Below, in pieces: positions 17,677 to 27,220 of a stretch of 64,000 nt of DNA (its first letter is position 1; every line of letters starts with the position of its first letter). The notes under the pieces were generated by a model, which ran no database searches, was not told where the DNA came from, and saw only the letters and a list, made by a program, of their open reading frames with translations. Origin of the DNA: Clostridia bacterium (GTDB lineage: Bacteria > Bacillota > Clostridia > Christensenellales > CAG-138); assembly GCA_017429985.1 (NCBI GenBank), contig JAFRNW010000022.1:70291-134290 (forward strand), given 5' to 3'. A program made the position numbers and the translations under genes.

Positions 17677-19263
17677 TCACCCGATGATCGGGAGCCCGTT
17701 ATAGGTGTTATGAGATGCAGAGGGGGTTTCCTCCGGAAGGGGCGGACCGACACGGATGGAACCGTTAAACGCTTTATAGGTGGATTTCGCAAGGGGTTCC
17801 TTTTTCACCAGATGGCCGTTCTTATAATATTCCTTGTATGACTGCCATATGGATCCGGTCCGCCGGGCAACGTCGGTTACCGATTCTCCCGGCTTGAGCG
17901 TATCATCCTGCGTGACGACCGTTTCTCCATCCGGTTCGATCGTGGATACTTCCTCGGAGCTCAGTCTGATCTCATCGTATTCATCCGTTTCGAATTCGCA
18001 GCGGATGATTTTTGCGTGAAGGTTTTTCTTTTCGGTCCAGGTAAAGATCAGAAGATCATAGGGGGTGTTGTTCCTGAACTGGAAATCGATGATGAACCCG
18101 ACGGAATTGATGGTCGCGTCAAGGCCTTTTTTAATATACGAAACAGGAATGGAATGGTTCTGACGGGATACGATCTCAAGATCCGCCATGACAGCAGCGT
18201 TGTAGAGCGTTGTAGAGATCTGGCAGACTCCGCCTCCCGCCTGCAGGTCGGTTCCTCCGCTGACATATGCGTTTGCTTCCTTCCAGCCGGCAGAAAAGCT
18301 TCTGGTGCCGAGCGTGTCATTCATGGAGAAGGTTTCCCCGGGAAGCAGAAGGGTTCCGTTTACGATATCCACGCCTTTATTGATATTGAACACGCGGTTT
18401 TCCGTGCTGCCTCTGAACGTGGTCGAGAATTCGAAGTCCCTCGTCCGGAAAACGGATTCCTCGGTGGATGGTTCCGTAACAACGACCGGGATTTCAATCG
18501 GCGCGTTCGTTCCCTCCGCTACTGCGTCCTGAAGCAGACGAACGAGGTCCTCCTGCAGAACTTTCAGACCGGTGACAGAGCCGGAAGCGTCCGCGGTATG
18601 TGCGGTTTTATCAATATTGACAAACCGTGCGCTTTTTGCGGCGGTATCGATTTGGGAAGCGATATCCGCGACCAGCCCCGGCAGTTTGTCATAGTTATAT
18701 GAAAAAGTGATGGAATAGTCTTTTCCGTTGGCAGCAATTTCTTCCGCGGTCTTGAGCGCTGCGGACATATCGTCATTTCGCGCCGCCTTCAGCGCTGCAT
18801 CCAGAACTTCCTCGCTGTCATTTGAAACCGCAACATAAGCGGACAGATCGACCGGCCATGTCCTGTCGCCGTAAACCAGGTCAATGCTTCCGACCGGCTT
18901 ATGGGAATCGATCAGAGGCTGCAGGGCGGCCGCTGCCTCCGGGCGGTTCATGCCGCAGACATCGATGCCCTCAATGGTCACGCCCTGAAGGAACAGACCG
19001 GAATGCATGATGCGGTCATACTGGATCTGAAGGGCTTCCTGTTGCTTCCTTTCCGCAGTTTCCTGCGCAATCCTGGCGGCTTCCGCGTCCGCGTCTGCCT
19101 GCGCGCCTTCTTTGGACTGCTGTGTCAGCAGGACGCCGGCAACGATCAGAATCGCGACGCACAGTATGGAAACCAAGAGGATCCGGATCCCTTTGTGAGA
19201 ATTGCTGGTCTTTTTTTTCTGGCTGTCGCCGTTTGCCTGCCGGCTGTTCGTTCTGTTTTCCAC
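17677..19263 (-). CDS. VanW family protein with C-terminal G5-like domain
   Basis: 528 aa. N-terminal TM (ILLVSILCVAILIVAGVLL), VanW core (GGVCQISTTLYNAAVMADLEIVSRQNHS..YIKKGLDATI), and a C-terminal G5-like segment (TLKPGESVTDVARRTGSIWQSYKEYYKNGHLVK). Confidence 0.8.
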   Translation of the reverse strand: MENRTNSRQANGDSQKKKTSNSHKGIRILLVSILCVAILIVAGVLLTQQSKEGAQADADAEAARIAQETAERKQQEALQIQYDRIMHSGLFLQGVTIEGIDVCGMNRPEAAAALQPLIDSHKPVGSIDLVYGDRTWPVDLSAYVAVSNDSEEVLDAALKAARNDDMSAALKTAEEIAANGKDYSITFSYNYDKLPGLVADIASQIDTAAKSARFVNIDKTAHTADASGSVTGLKVLQEDLVRLLQDAVAEGTNAPIEIPVVVTEPSTEESVFRTRDFEFSTTFRGSTENRVFNINKGVDIVNGTLLLPGETFSMNDTLGTRSFSAGWKEANAYVSGGTDLQAGGGVCQISTTLYNAAVMADLEIVSRQNHSIPVSYIKKGLDATINSVGFIIDFQFRNNTPYDLLIFTWTEKKNLHAKIIRCEFETDEYDEIRLSSEEVSTIEPDGETVVTQDDTLKPGESVTDVARRTGSIWQSYKEYYKNGHLVKKEPLAKSTYKAFNGSIRVGPPLPEETPSASHNTYNGLPIIG

Positions 19264-19614
19264 GCGAAAACTCCTTCTCGGAATGCTTATAAATCAACAT
19301 ATTAAATAATATGCGAAAACCCAGCCGGAGTATCCGGTTCGCGCGGAATTGTTACAATTTGTTAACTGCAAACGCACGCGGGGGAACAAACCTCGGGAAT
19401 TTATGCAAAACAGGTCTCCGATATCTTGTAGACGGAAAGGGATCCGACCACAAAATAAGGAACACCTGTTTTCAAATCGTGAAGAAATGGTTAAGAATAT
19501 CCCCAGAAACTGGATTTTTTTGCAGATTCTCTCTATTATTAGGTCATCGAATTATGCTCTAATTCTATACATGTATATATCCTGTTCAGGGGGATAAGGA
19601 GGGTTCATTTCAAT

Positions 19615-20955
19615 ATGAAAAAGATTTTGTCAATCGTATTGGCGGTTGCAATGGTGCTCGGTATCAGCTTTGTTGCCGTTCCCGCACAGCCCGCGCTGGC
19701 CGCCAGCAGCGCATCAATGTCCGTTGAGGGCAGCCATCGTATCGGGGATACGATCACGCTCAGGATCAAGGCGCCGAATGCCGGGAAAGGCGAAAAATGG
19801 GACGCCGAGTTTTCCGCTAACAACGAAGGACTGATTGACGGAGTTCCAACAGCCATTTCGGGCATGAACGCAGGAAACTCCGAAACCGCGACCTGCACGG
19901 CTACGGCAGCCGGAACGGTGAAGTTCAAGGTAACCTTTACTTTAAGCTCCGAATCAGCAGGCGAAGATGTCTCCGCTGTCAAATCAAAAACCGCTACCGT
20001 TGAATACCAGATCAAGCAGCCGGTTCTGAACGTGGAACCCTCGTCCGTTACCTATTCTCCGAGCGCAACAGCGACTGCTTCCTTAAGTTATCCTCCGGAG
20101 GGAACCAGCGGTGATTTCGCATCGTCCGATACTGACGTTGCGACGGTGGATTCCTACGGGAACATCATTGTAAAAGGAGCGGGCACAACCACCATCAGCT
20201 TTGAGGACTCGACATCCGGACTCAAAGTTTCCAAGGTGTTCACGGTTAAGAAGGCGAAAGCATCGCTTTCCGTCCAGGATGAGATCACGCTGCACGTCGA
20301 TGACGTGAAGAATATTCCGCTCAACAAGTCCGGAATCCCGAGCGACATGTACGACGAGATCGAGATTTCTAACAGCTCTGACTCGGTCGCCACCGTGGAA
20401 GCGAATGAGACGTATTCTTCCCTGAAGATCACGGCCAAAGCGGTCGGAACGACGGTCGCGACGATTTCGTTCCCAAAGACTTCGAAAAATTACGAGAAGG
20501 TCACGACGAAGATCAAGATCAATGTTATTGATGAGAACACGCCGATCCTGACCCTGAATCCGACATCCATGTCGCTTCATAAGGGAGACGCAAAGAGCCT
20601 GACGGTTTCTGTCGATAATTCCTCGAACAACCATGTGCTTCTGAAAGTCACAGGGAGCAAGTCGAACTCTTACAGAGGCGTGGCAATTGACGGATATACC
20701 AGCAAGAACGGCGTATATGTTAATGTGAACGGAAGCAACAGCGTCACACTGACACCGAAATACAACGGCACCTATTATGTGACGGCGTCCCTGAACGGCG
20801 CGGAAGCGAAGTGCGTGGTGACGGTCACCGGCTGCAGCACACTGCCCCAGACCGGCCCTGATTTCACTCTGGTGTATGTGTTCGCAGGACTGCTGCTCGC
20901 ATCCCTCATGGTTCTCGCATATGTGAACATTAAAAGGAAAAAGGCTGTTCAATAA
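19615..20955 (+). CDS. Cell-wall-anchored surface protein (Big_2-like domains, LPQTG sorting signal)
   Basis: 446 aa. Signal peptide (..VAVPAQPALA), Big_2-like segments (FASSDTDVATVDSYGNIIVKGAGTTTISF; SNSSDSVATVEANETYSSLKITAKAVGTTVATISF). C-terminal LPQTG, then hydrophobic stretch and KRKKAVQ. GGAGGG RBS. Confidence 0.85.
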   Translation: MKKILSIVLAVAMVLGISFVAVPAQPALAASSASMSVEGSHRIGDTITLRIKAPNAGKGEKWDAEFSANNEGLIDGVPTAISGMNAGNSETATCTATAAGTVKFKVTFTLSSESAGEDVSAVKSKTATVEYQIKQPVLNVEPSSVTYSPSATATASLSYPPEGTSGDFASSDTDVATVDSYGNIIVKGAGTTTISFEDSTSGLKVSKVFTVKKAKASLSVQDEITLHVDDVKNIPLNKSGIPSDMYDEIEISNSSDSVATVEANETYSSLKITAKAVGTTVATISFPKTSKNYEKVTTKIKINVIDENTPILTLNPTSMSLHKGDAKSLTVSVDNSSNNHVLLKVTGSKSNSYRGVAIDGYTSKNGVYVNVNGSNSVTLTPKYNGTYYVTASLNGAEAKCVVTVTGCSTLPQTGPDFTLVYVFAGLLLASLMVLAYVNIKRKKAVQ

Positions 20956-20958
20956 ACA

Positions 20959-21972
20959 ATGACCGAACATAGAAGCAATAAAAAAGCGCCCGCTGCATCC
21001 AATAACAGCGGGCGCAAAAAACATCATACAGGCGGAAAGCGCAAGAAGAGTACGGACTTCGCCGCGATAAACCGTATCCTGATCATTCTGGCGATGCTGT
21101 TTGCCGTTGCGCTCTGTGTGGTGATCATTGTCAAGATCCGCGAGGATACCGGCGCAGAGAAGAACGCGCAGACGCTTCTGGAAGCATATAAAGAGCAGGA
21201 AAGCGCTTCGTCGGCCGTAGTCGTTCCAGAGGTTCAGGAACAGCAGACGCCGGTCCCGACAGAAACGCCTGTACCGACACCGGAACCGACGCTGGATCCG
21301 AACGCGGTCACGCTTTCCGCGGCAGAGGTCACGCCTGCCCCGACCGCAACGCCAAGTGCGGAGTCGCTGGAGCAGAACGCGCAGATCGCGGAAGAAGGCG
21401 ATGCAAACCGCTATGACGCCGGGAACGATGAAAATGTCGATGAAACGGCCGATTATGTTGCGCCTGACGATCCTGACGTGGACGACGCCTCCGCCCTGAT
21501 CCAGCAGATCCTGGAATCGGTAGGGGAAGACGGCATCATCGGAACGATCCGGATCCCGAAAACCGAACAGGAATATCCGATTATCGGGAAGTGGTCCTAC
21601 AAACTGCTGAAGATATCCATCTGCAGATATACGGGGCCCGATGTGAACGAGAAGGGCAATCTGGTCCTGATCGGACACAATTATAAAAGCGGAGCGCATT
21701 TCGGAAACCTGAAAACACTCAGCGTCGGCGACGAGGTGTATCTGACGGCACGCGGCAGTGATATGGCGGTCCGGTATGAGATTTACAATATCGTCGATAT
21801 CGACAGCGATGATTTCGGTGCGGTCAAGAAGTACAAGGGAGACTCCGGACTGACCCTTCTCACATGTACGGCCGGAGGACAGCAGAGAAAGCTGTTCCGC
21901 TGCATCAGAAAAGCGGCAACGAGCGACGTCGACTCTATCGCAAATCTCCACGGCAGCACATATACCGGCTGA
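20959..21972 (+). CDS. Sortase (transpeptidase), cassette 2 (paralog of 14686-15492)
   Basis: 337 aa. Basic N-terminus, TM, long P/T/E-rich linker, His (LVLIGHNYK), Cys (LTLLTC), Arg (RKLFRC). The core is co-linear with sortase 1 (IRIPKT, LLKISxCRY, GHNYKSGAHFG). Confidence 0.85.
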   Translation: MTEHRSNKKAPAASNNSGRKKHHTGGKRKKSTDFAAINRILIILAMLFAVALCVVIIVKIREDTGAEKNAQTLLEAYKEQESASSAVVVPEVQEQQTPVPTETPVPTPEPTLDPNAVTLSAAEVTPAPTATPSAESLEQNAQIAEEGDANRYDAGNDENVDETADYVAPDDPDVDDASALIQQILESVGEDGIIGTIRIPKTEQEYPIIGKWSYKLLKISICRYTGPDVNEKGNLVLIGHNYKSGAHFGNLKTLSVGDEVYLTARGSDMAVRYEIYNIVDIDSDDFGAVKKYKGDSGLTLLTCTAGGQQRKLFRCIRKAATSDVDSIANLHGSTYTG

Positions 21973-22040
21973 TAAGACCGGCAAAGATCAGAACGGACGG
22001 AATCGTCCCGCAATTGAACAGATAATCTGAAAACGCAACG

Positions 22041-22071
22041 CACCCTGCTCTAAAGAAGCAGGGTGTTTTTT
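22041..22071 (+). terminator. Rho-independent terminator after sortase 2
   Basis: Stem CACCCTGCT / AGCAGGGTG (9 bp) followed by TTTTTTAT. Confidence 0.75.
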
Positions 22072-22177
22072 ATGGATATCACAGCCTGTCTGACGGACTG
22101 AAAGGGAGAAGGAGAACGCACTGAGCCAGCTGCGGGGCGGGAACACGTTTGAGCGGAACATGCAGCGGTTCTTTACA

Positions 22178-22207
22178 TAAAAACAGGCCTGCCGTGTGGC
22201 AGGCCTG
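22178..22207 (-). terminator. Rho-independent terminator after the Sel1 lipoprotein gene
   Basis: Perfect 10-bp stem CAGGCCTGCC / GGCAGGCCTG with a 4-nt loop. Followed on the minus strand by TTTTTA. Confidence 0.75.
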
Positions 22208-22224
22208 AATTTCGTGAAAGATCG

Positions 22225-23547
22225 TTACGCGAGTCCGCTGGATCGAATCAGATCGTCCGCACCGGAGTGCTTCTGGTCTCTTGCCTTGCTGAGCCATTCC
22301 AGCGCGAGCTCCCTGGACTGCTGCACGCCCAGACCGTCCAGGTAGCAGCGTCCGAGATTATACTCCGCATACACATTGCCGGCGCTTGCCGCTTTTGCAA
22401 ACCACTCGGCAGCTTTCTGATAATTCTGTTCAACCATGGGATCTTCAAAATAGAGAAGACCGAGCCGGTTCTGCGCGGGGATCAGGTTCTGCTCTGCCGC
22501 GGCCTGCAGCAGGGTTGCCGCCTTGGTAAGATCCTGCGGCAGATCTGTACCGTCAATGTACATCGTTGCGAGATTGTACTGGGCAACCGCATAACCCTGA
22601 TCTGCTGCCTTCTGATAGAGCTCCGCTGCCTTGACCGGGTCCTTTTCCGTTCCGATTCCGTCACGGTACATGGCGGCGAGATCGTTCTGGGCGACCGGGT
22701 CGTTCTGCGTGGCGGCAGAGTCGAGCCACTGCATGGCCTGCGCGTAATTCTGAGCCTGTCCGCCTTCTCCGAAGTAGTAGTAATTGGCGACACAGCGCAT
22801 CGCTTCCGTGTCGCCGAGCTGGGCTGCGGACTTGAGGGGAGAAAACAGCTTGGTCAGGAGCGCGTCGGGATTGTCATAACCGAGACCGATCATGTCGGAG
22901 GCGATCCGGTAAGCCCAAATGACGGAGCATCCGTTCTGACCGGTATATGCCTCTGCGACGGACTTCGCCTTTGCGGGATCCTGAGCAGTCCCGAACCCGT
23001 TTGCATAAATCAGGGCAATTGCCCTTGCTATCCTTCCCGCTTCCGGGGCCGCGGGGTTTGCGGAATAGGCCGCTTCAAGAAGCGGAAGAGCCTTCTGATA
23101 CCAGCTGTTGCTGAGATCCGCGGAAATGCCCGCCATGGAGTCCGTCCGGTAGATTTCCGCCAGCATATACGCGGCGAGGCCGTCGCCCTTTTCTGCCGCG
23201 AAAGTCAGGTGTCGGATGGCGGCAGTACGGTCCGCGGCGGTTCCGAAACCGTTGTACAGCATGGTTCCGAGAAGCTCCCGCACAGGGGCGTATTCCGTTT
23301 CCTGAAATGACTTGAGAGCGTTATACGCTTCCGTGTAGGCACGGTCGGAATAATAAAGGGAAGCCGCCGTGTCAAAAGCAGTCCGCTCTTCCGCGAACGG
23401 ATCGGGTTCCGCGGTGGGGGCTGCGGTTGGTTCGGGCGTTGCGGCAGCCTGTTCCGGCTGGCTTGAAGAACAGCCCGTTATGGCGGCAGCGGCCAAAAGC
23501 AGGGATAGGATAACTGCGAGCGCTGCCTTGCTGTGTGCTTTGATCAT
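22225..23547 (-). CDS. Sel1/TPR-repeat lipoprotein
   Basis: 440 aa. Lipoprotein signal (LLLAAAAITGC), then multiple Sel1-like repeats (AQNDLAAMYRDGIGTEKDPVKAAELYQKAADQGYAVAQYNLATMY..). Confidence 0.8.
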   Translation of the reverse strand: MIKAHSKAALAVILSLLLAAAAITGCSSSQPEQAAATPEPTAAPTAEPDPFAEERTAFDTAASLYYSDRAYTEAYNALKSFQETEYAPVRELLGTMLYNGFGTAADRTAAIRHLTFAAEKGDGLAAYMLAEIYRTDSMAGISADLSNSWYQKALPLLEAAYSANPAAPEAGRIARAIALIYANGFGTAQDPAKAKSVAEAYTGQNGCSVIWAYRIASDMIGLGYDNPDALLTKLFSPLKSAAQLGDTEAMRCVANYYYFGEGGQAQNYAQAMQWLDSAATQNDPVAQNDLAAMYRDGIGTEKDPVKAAELYQKAADQGYAVAQYNLATMYIDGTDLPQDLTKAATLLQAAAEQNLIPAQNRLGLLYFEDPMVEQNYQKAAEWFAKAASAGNVYAEYNLGRCYLDGLGVQQSRELALEWLSKARDQKHSGADDLIRSSGLA

Positions 23548-23738
23548 TCTTGCCTCCTGGAGTCGTCCTGTTTCAGACGATACTTATCTATGATACTCCA
23601 TGTTCACTATAGCAACCCGGGGAGACCCCCTCAAGCGTTTGCCGGAATGGTTTAAAACTTATTCATAAAGGACGTCAGGGCAATCGGCAGGTGGAAATGT
23701 GATATAGTGATAGCAAGGACAGGCAATTCGGAGGGCAT

Positions 23739-25022
23739 ATGGACCAATCAGTGAAGGAGAGGCTCGTTTCCATTCTCAGGCGCGAACTGATTCCCGCAAT
23801 GGGGTGCACGGAGCCGATCGCGATCGCGCTTGCCGCGGCGAAAGCCCGGGAGGTTCTCGGCTCGGATCCCGAAACGATCCGCGTCGGATGCAGCAGCAAT
23901 ATCATTAAAAACGTAAAATCCGTGACCATTCCGGGAACGCACGGCCTTCACGGGATAGAGGCGGCCGCGGTAGCAGGAGCCTACGCGGGAAATCCGAAGC
24001 AGGGCATGCAGGTGCTTGCGGGGGTCACGGAAGAGATGAAGGATTCCGTGTCAGAACACTGGAAGAGCGGGATCTGCAGTTCCTATCACTTGAATACCGG
24101 CCACGCTTTGCATATCCGGGTCGAAATGCGAGCGGGGAAAGATACTTCCGTGTCAGAGATCTGTGATGATCATGACCGGTTCGTGTACCTTGAGAAGAAC
24201 GGAAAGGTAATTCTGGACATCCGGGAGGAATCCGGACCGGAAAACGCCGGGGAGGAACTGGAAGCCGACGCCGGGATACTGAAGCTTTCCGTGATCCGTG
24301 AATTTGCGGATACGGTAGAGATCGACAGGATCCGTCCGATCCTTGAAAAACAGATTTCCTGCAACATGGCGATCGCGGAAGAGGGAATGCACGGGGGATA
24401 CGGATTATATTATGCGTCCGCGCTGCTGGACGAGCACTCCACGGTATACGACCGCATGGAAGCATACGCCGCTTCCGGCAGCGAGGCCAGAATGTCCGGA
24501 TGCGCCATGCCGGTCATCATCAACTCCGGGAGCGGAAATCAGGGCATAACGTCCTCTGTGCCTGCAATCATCTACTGCAGGGAAAAAGGATTTTCGGATG
24601 AGAAACTTTTCCGGGTTCTGGCGTTCGCCAATCTGGTCACGGTCGCGCAGAAACAGTATATCGGGAAACTGTCCGCCTTCTGCGGCGCCATTTCCGCCGC
24701 GTGTGCAAGCGGCGCCGCACTGACATACGCGGAAGGAGGCACCCTGGAACAGATCTGCGACACGGTCTCCAACACGCTTGCCGTTACGGCGGGGATCATC
24801 TGCGACGGGGCGAAGCCTTCCTGCGGGGCAAAGATCGCCATCGGTCTTCACGCGGCGATCAATGCGCACAAACTGGCCATGAAGAACCGCAGCTATCAGC
24901 CCGGAGAAGGGATTATCTGCCACGATGCGGATACGACGATACGTGAGGTCGGCCGGATCGCCAAGGATGGAATGGAAGAGACCGATGCGGAGATCATTTC
25001 CATCATGCTGAAGAATCTTTAA
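23739..25022 (+). CDS. UPF0597 / serine dehydratase alpha-like family protein (L-cysteine desulfidase family)
   Basis: 427 aa. N-terminal RRELIPAMGCTEPIAIALAAAKA signature and internal INSGSGNQGIT motif typical of the YhaM/CdsB family. Confidence 0.7.
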   Translation: MDQSVKERLVSILRRELIPAMGCTEPIAIALAAAKAREVLGSDPETIRVGCSSNIIKNVKSVTIPGTHGLHGIEAAAVAGAYAGNPKQGMQVLAGVTEEMKDSVSEHWKSGICSSYHLNTGHALHIRVEMRAGKDTSVSEICDDHDRFVYLEKNGKVILDIREESGPENAGEELEADAGILKLSVIREFADTVEIDRIRPILEKQISCNMAIAEEGMHGGYGLYYASALLDEHSTVYDRMEAYAASGSEARMSGCAMPVIINSGSGNQGITSSVPAIIYCREKGFSDEKLFRVLAFANLVTVAQKQYIGKLSAFCGAISAACASGAALTYAEGGTLEQICDTVSNTLAVTAGIICDGAKPSCGAKIAIGLHAAINAHKLAMKNRSYQPGEGIICHDADTTIREVGRIAKDGMEETDAEIISIMLKNL

Positions 25023-25033
25023 GGAAAAACGAT

Positions 25034-26404
25034 ATGGACATTCTTGTGATCAACGGGAGCCCGAAAGGCGAATACAGCATCACGCTGCAGACGGTACGCT
25101 ATCTTGAAAAACTGCATCCGGAGCATTCTTTTTCCGTATTGCACGCCGGGGCGGAGATCAAAAAACTGGAGAAGGATTTTTCTTTCGCAAAGCAGGCAAT
25201 GGAAAAGACGGATCTGCTTCTGTTTTCCTATCCGGTATATACGTTTGTCGTACCGTCCCAGCTGCACAGGTTTATCGAACTTACAAAGGAAAGCGGCGCG
25301 GATCTCCCAGGGAAATACGCTTCCCAGATCTCGACGTCCAAGCATTTCTATGATGTGACAGCGCACCGTTTCATTACGGACAACTGCCAGGATCTGGGAA
25401 TGCGGTGTATCCGGGGCCTTTCTGCGGACATGGAGGATCTGCTTACGGAGAAGGGCAGAAAGGAGGCGGAAACGTTTTTCGATCTGCTGATCTGGAGTGT
25501 GGATCACGGAATGTATGAAAAGGTGTTCCCGCAGAGGGCAGAGGAGAAACACTGCCCCGTAACGCCGGCAGAAGAAGCGGAAAAGAGCGGGACGGAAAAG
25601 GTTGTGATCGTAGCGGACTGTGCGGATGAGGATCATCAGATGATGGAAATGATCGGAAGATTCCGCGCGGTGATTCCGCTTCAGAGCGAACTTGTCAACA
25701 TCCGGAAGTTTGCTTTCCGGGGCGGGTGTCTCGGATGCTTTCAGTGCGCGTCAGACGGAGCATGCATCTACAGGGACGGATTCGACAGGTTTCTGAGAGA
25801 GAAGATACAGTCCGCACAGGGGATTGTCCTGGCATTTACGATCCGGGACCATTCGATGGGATCTGTCTTCAAGACATACGACGACAGACAGTTCTGCAAC
25901 GGGCACCGTACCGTGACGGAAGGGACGCCGTTTGCGTATCTTGTCTGCGGGAACTACGCGGCGGAAGAAAACCTCCGTATGATCATTGAGGCAAGAGCGG
26001 AAGCGGGAGGGAATTATCTTGCCGGCGTCGCGACCGACGAGACGGATCCGGACCGCGAGATCGATGAGCTTGCGGAAAAACTGACTTATGCCATCCGGGA
26101 AAAAGTCACGCTCCCGAGAAACTTCTACGGCGTCGGAGGGATGAAGATCTTCCGTGATCTGATCTGGACCATGCAGGGTCTCATGAAAGCGGATCACAGA
26201 TATTACAGAACGCACGGGATATACGACTTTCCACAGAAAAAAGCGGGCACCATGCTGAAAATGTACCTGGTCGGAGCGCTGATGGCAAGCAGGCCGCTGC
26301 GGACCAAGCTCCGCGGGAAAATGAACGAGGGGATGCTGGCGCCGTACCAGAAGGTCGTCCGAGATCTGGAGCAGAATGCAACACATGTGCAGGAACGATC
26401 CTGA
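25034..26404 (+). CDS. Flavodoxin-like-fold NAD(P)H-dependent oxidoreductase, tandem-domain form with Cys cluster
   Basis: 456 aa. MDILVINGSPKGEYS start (FMN reductase-type). The second half repeats the fold and carries GCLGCFQCASDGAC, an iron-sulfur-flavoprotein-like motif. Confidence 0.6.
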   Translation: MDILVINGSPKGEYSITLQTVRYLEKLHPEHSFSVLHAGAEIKKLEKDFSFAKQAMEKTDLLLFSYPVYTFVVPSQLHRFIELTKESGADLPGKYASQISTSKHFYDVTAHRFITDNCQDLGMRCIRGLSADMEDLLTEKGRKEAETFFDLLIWSVDHGMYEKVFPQRAEEKHCPVTPAEEAEKSGTEKVVIVADCADEDHQMMEMIGRFRAVIPLQSELVNIRKFAFRGGCLGCFQCASDGACIYRDGFDRFLREKIQSAQGIVLAFTIRDHSMGSVFKTYDDRQFCNGHRTVTEGTPFAYLVCGNYAAEENLRMIIEARAEAGGNYLAGVATDETDPDREIDELAEKLTYAIREKVTLPRNFYGVGGMKIFRDLIWTMQGLMKADHRYYRTHGIYDFPQKKAGTMLKMYLVGALMASRPLRTKLRGKMNEGMLAPYQKVVRDLEQNATHVQERS

Positions 26405-27110
26405 AGAGAATCAAGCACCGGTACGCGGCTGGGTGAAGAGACACGCGCGAACCGTGTTTCTGACCGTCGGAACGCTGATGCTCATAAGCGAGCTGTGGAA
26501 GCAGCTGTGCCTGACGTTTCTTCTGAACGGGGGCCGCTATCAGTGGCCGTTTTTTCCCTTCCAGCTCTGCAGCGTTTCCATGTACGCCTGCATCCTGCTG
26601 TATTTCTGCTGGGGAACGGAATTCGGGAACGTCCTGCTCACATTCGTTAAGGACTTTGTTCTGCTGGCCGGCATGCTTGCGTTCTGCGATACGTCGGGAT
26701 TCCGGGAATACGCATATCTTCCGCTGGTCGTCCATTCCTACTGCTGGCATATCCTGATGATCCTGATCGCCGTTTTTGCCGGGATTGCGGCATGGCAGGA
26801 AGGAAGCGCCTCCCTGAGCCTGAACAGGTGGCTTGGGGCTGCAGGGATATATCTGGTCTGCTGCGGAATAGCGGAAATCCTGAATCTGTCGCTTTACCGG
26901 TTCGGGACCATCAACATGTTCTACATCAGTCCGAAATACCGGATGCAGCAGATCGTTTTCCGCGATCTGATCCCGGTTCTGGGAAACAACGGAACCATTC
27001 TGCTGTATATCTGCATGACCATGGCGGGCGCGGCTCTGATTCATCTGATCTGGCGCTGCATATACGGCTCGAAGAATATGGGAAACGCCATCCGTGTACC
27101 CGGACGATAG
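26376..27110 (+). CDS. Integral membrane protein (YwaF/TIGR02206-like)
   Basis: 244 aa and ~7 TM segments. The FPFQLCS motif resembles the conserved PLHLCS motif of that family. The start is uncertain: it overlaps the upstream gene by 29 nt, with an alternative ATG 9 nt downstream. Confidence 0.5.
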   Translation: MQHMCRNDPEENQAPVRGWVKRHARTVFLTVGTLMLISELWKQLCLTFLLNGGRYQWPFFPFQLCSVSMYACILLYFCWGTEFGNVLLTFVKDFVLLAGMLAFCDTSGFREYAYLPLVVHSYCWHILMILIAVFAGIAAWQEGSASLSLNRWLGAAGIYLVCCGIAEILNLSLYRFGTINMFYISPKYRMQQIVFRDLIPVLGNNGTILLYICMTMAGAALIHLIWRCIYGSKNMGNAIRVPGR

Positions 27111-27220
27111 GGAAGCGCGTTTCCAAAAGTTTGAATTTCAAATATTGTTTTGGTTTATCCGTTTCAATATAATATGATAAACGGCATCTTTTATCTCCCG
27201 GATCAGGGGAACAGGAGAGC

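Noticed and set aside
20083-21984. A 633-aa minus-strand ORF antisense to surface protein 2 and sortase 2. Similar long antisense or alternate-frame ORFs occur at 13713-14762, 14560-15741, 27599-29116, 26926-28020, 32665-33789, 50297-51412, 54239-55366, 57757-58749, 58821-59981, 40492-41526 and 7971-9038.
   Set aside because: All lie opposite or out of frame to genes with strong motif support. Their translations are Arg/Gly/Pro-rich low-complexity strings with no motifs. This is the expected stop-codon-poor shadow of GC-rich coding DNA.
23548-23738. CTTATC ... GCAACC strings upstream of the cysteine-desulfidase-family gene, reminiscent of a SAM-I (S-box) riboswitch.
   Set aside because: The core GAGGGA / GGCCC / AAGGTGCCAA elements and the closing GATAAG are missing, so there is no convincing four-way junction.
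27111-27220. Possible c-di-AMP (ydaO-type) riboswitch upstream of the NlpC/P60 hydrolase, a common context for that RNA.
   Set aside because: The region is only ~110 nt, AT-rich, and lacks the paired GGGGA/CCCA-type conserved segments. It more likely holds just a promoter (a TATAAT-like hexamer inside a small hairpin).
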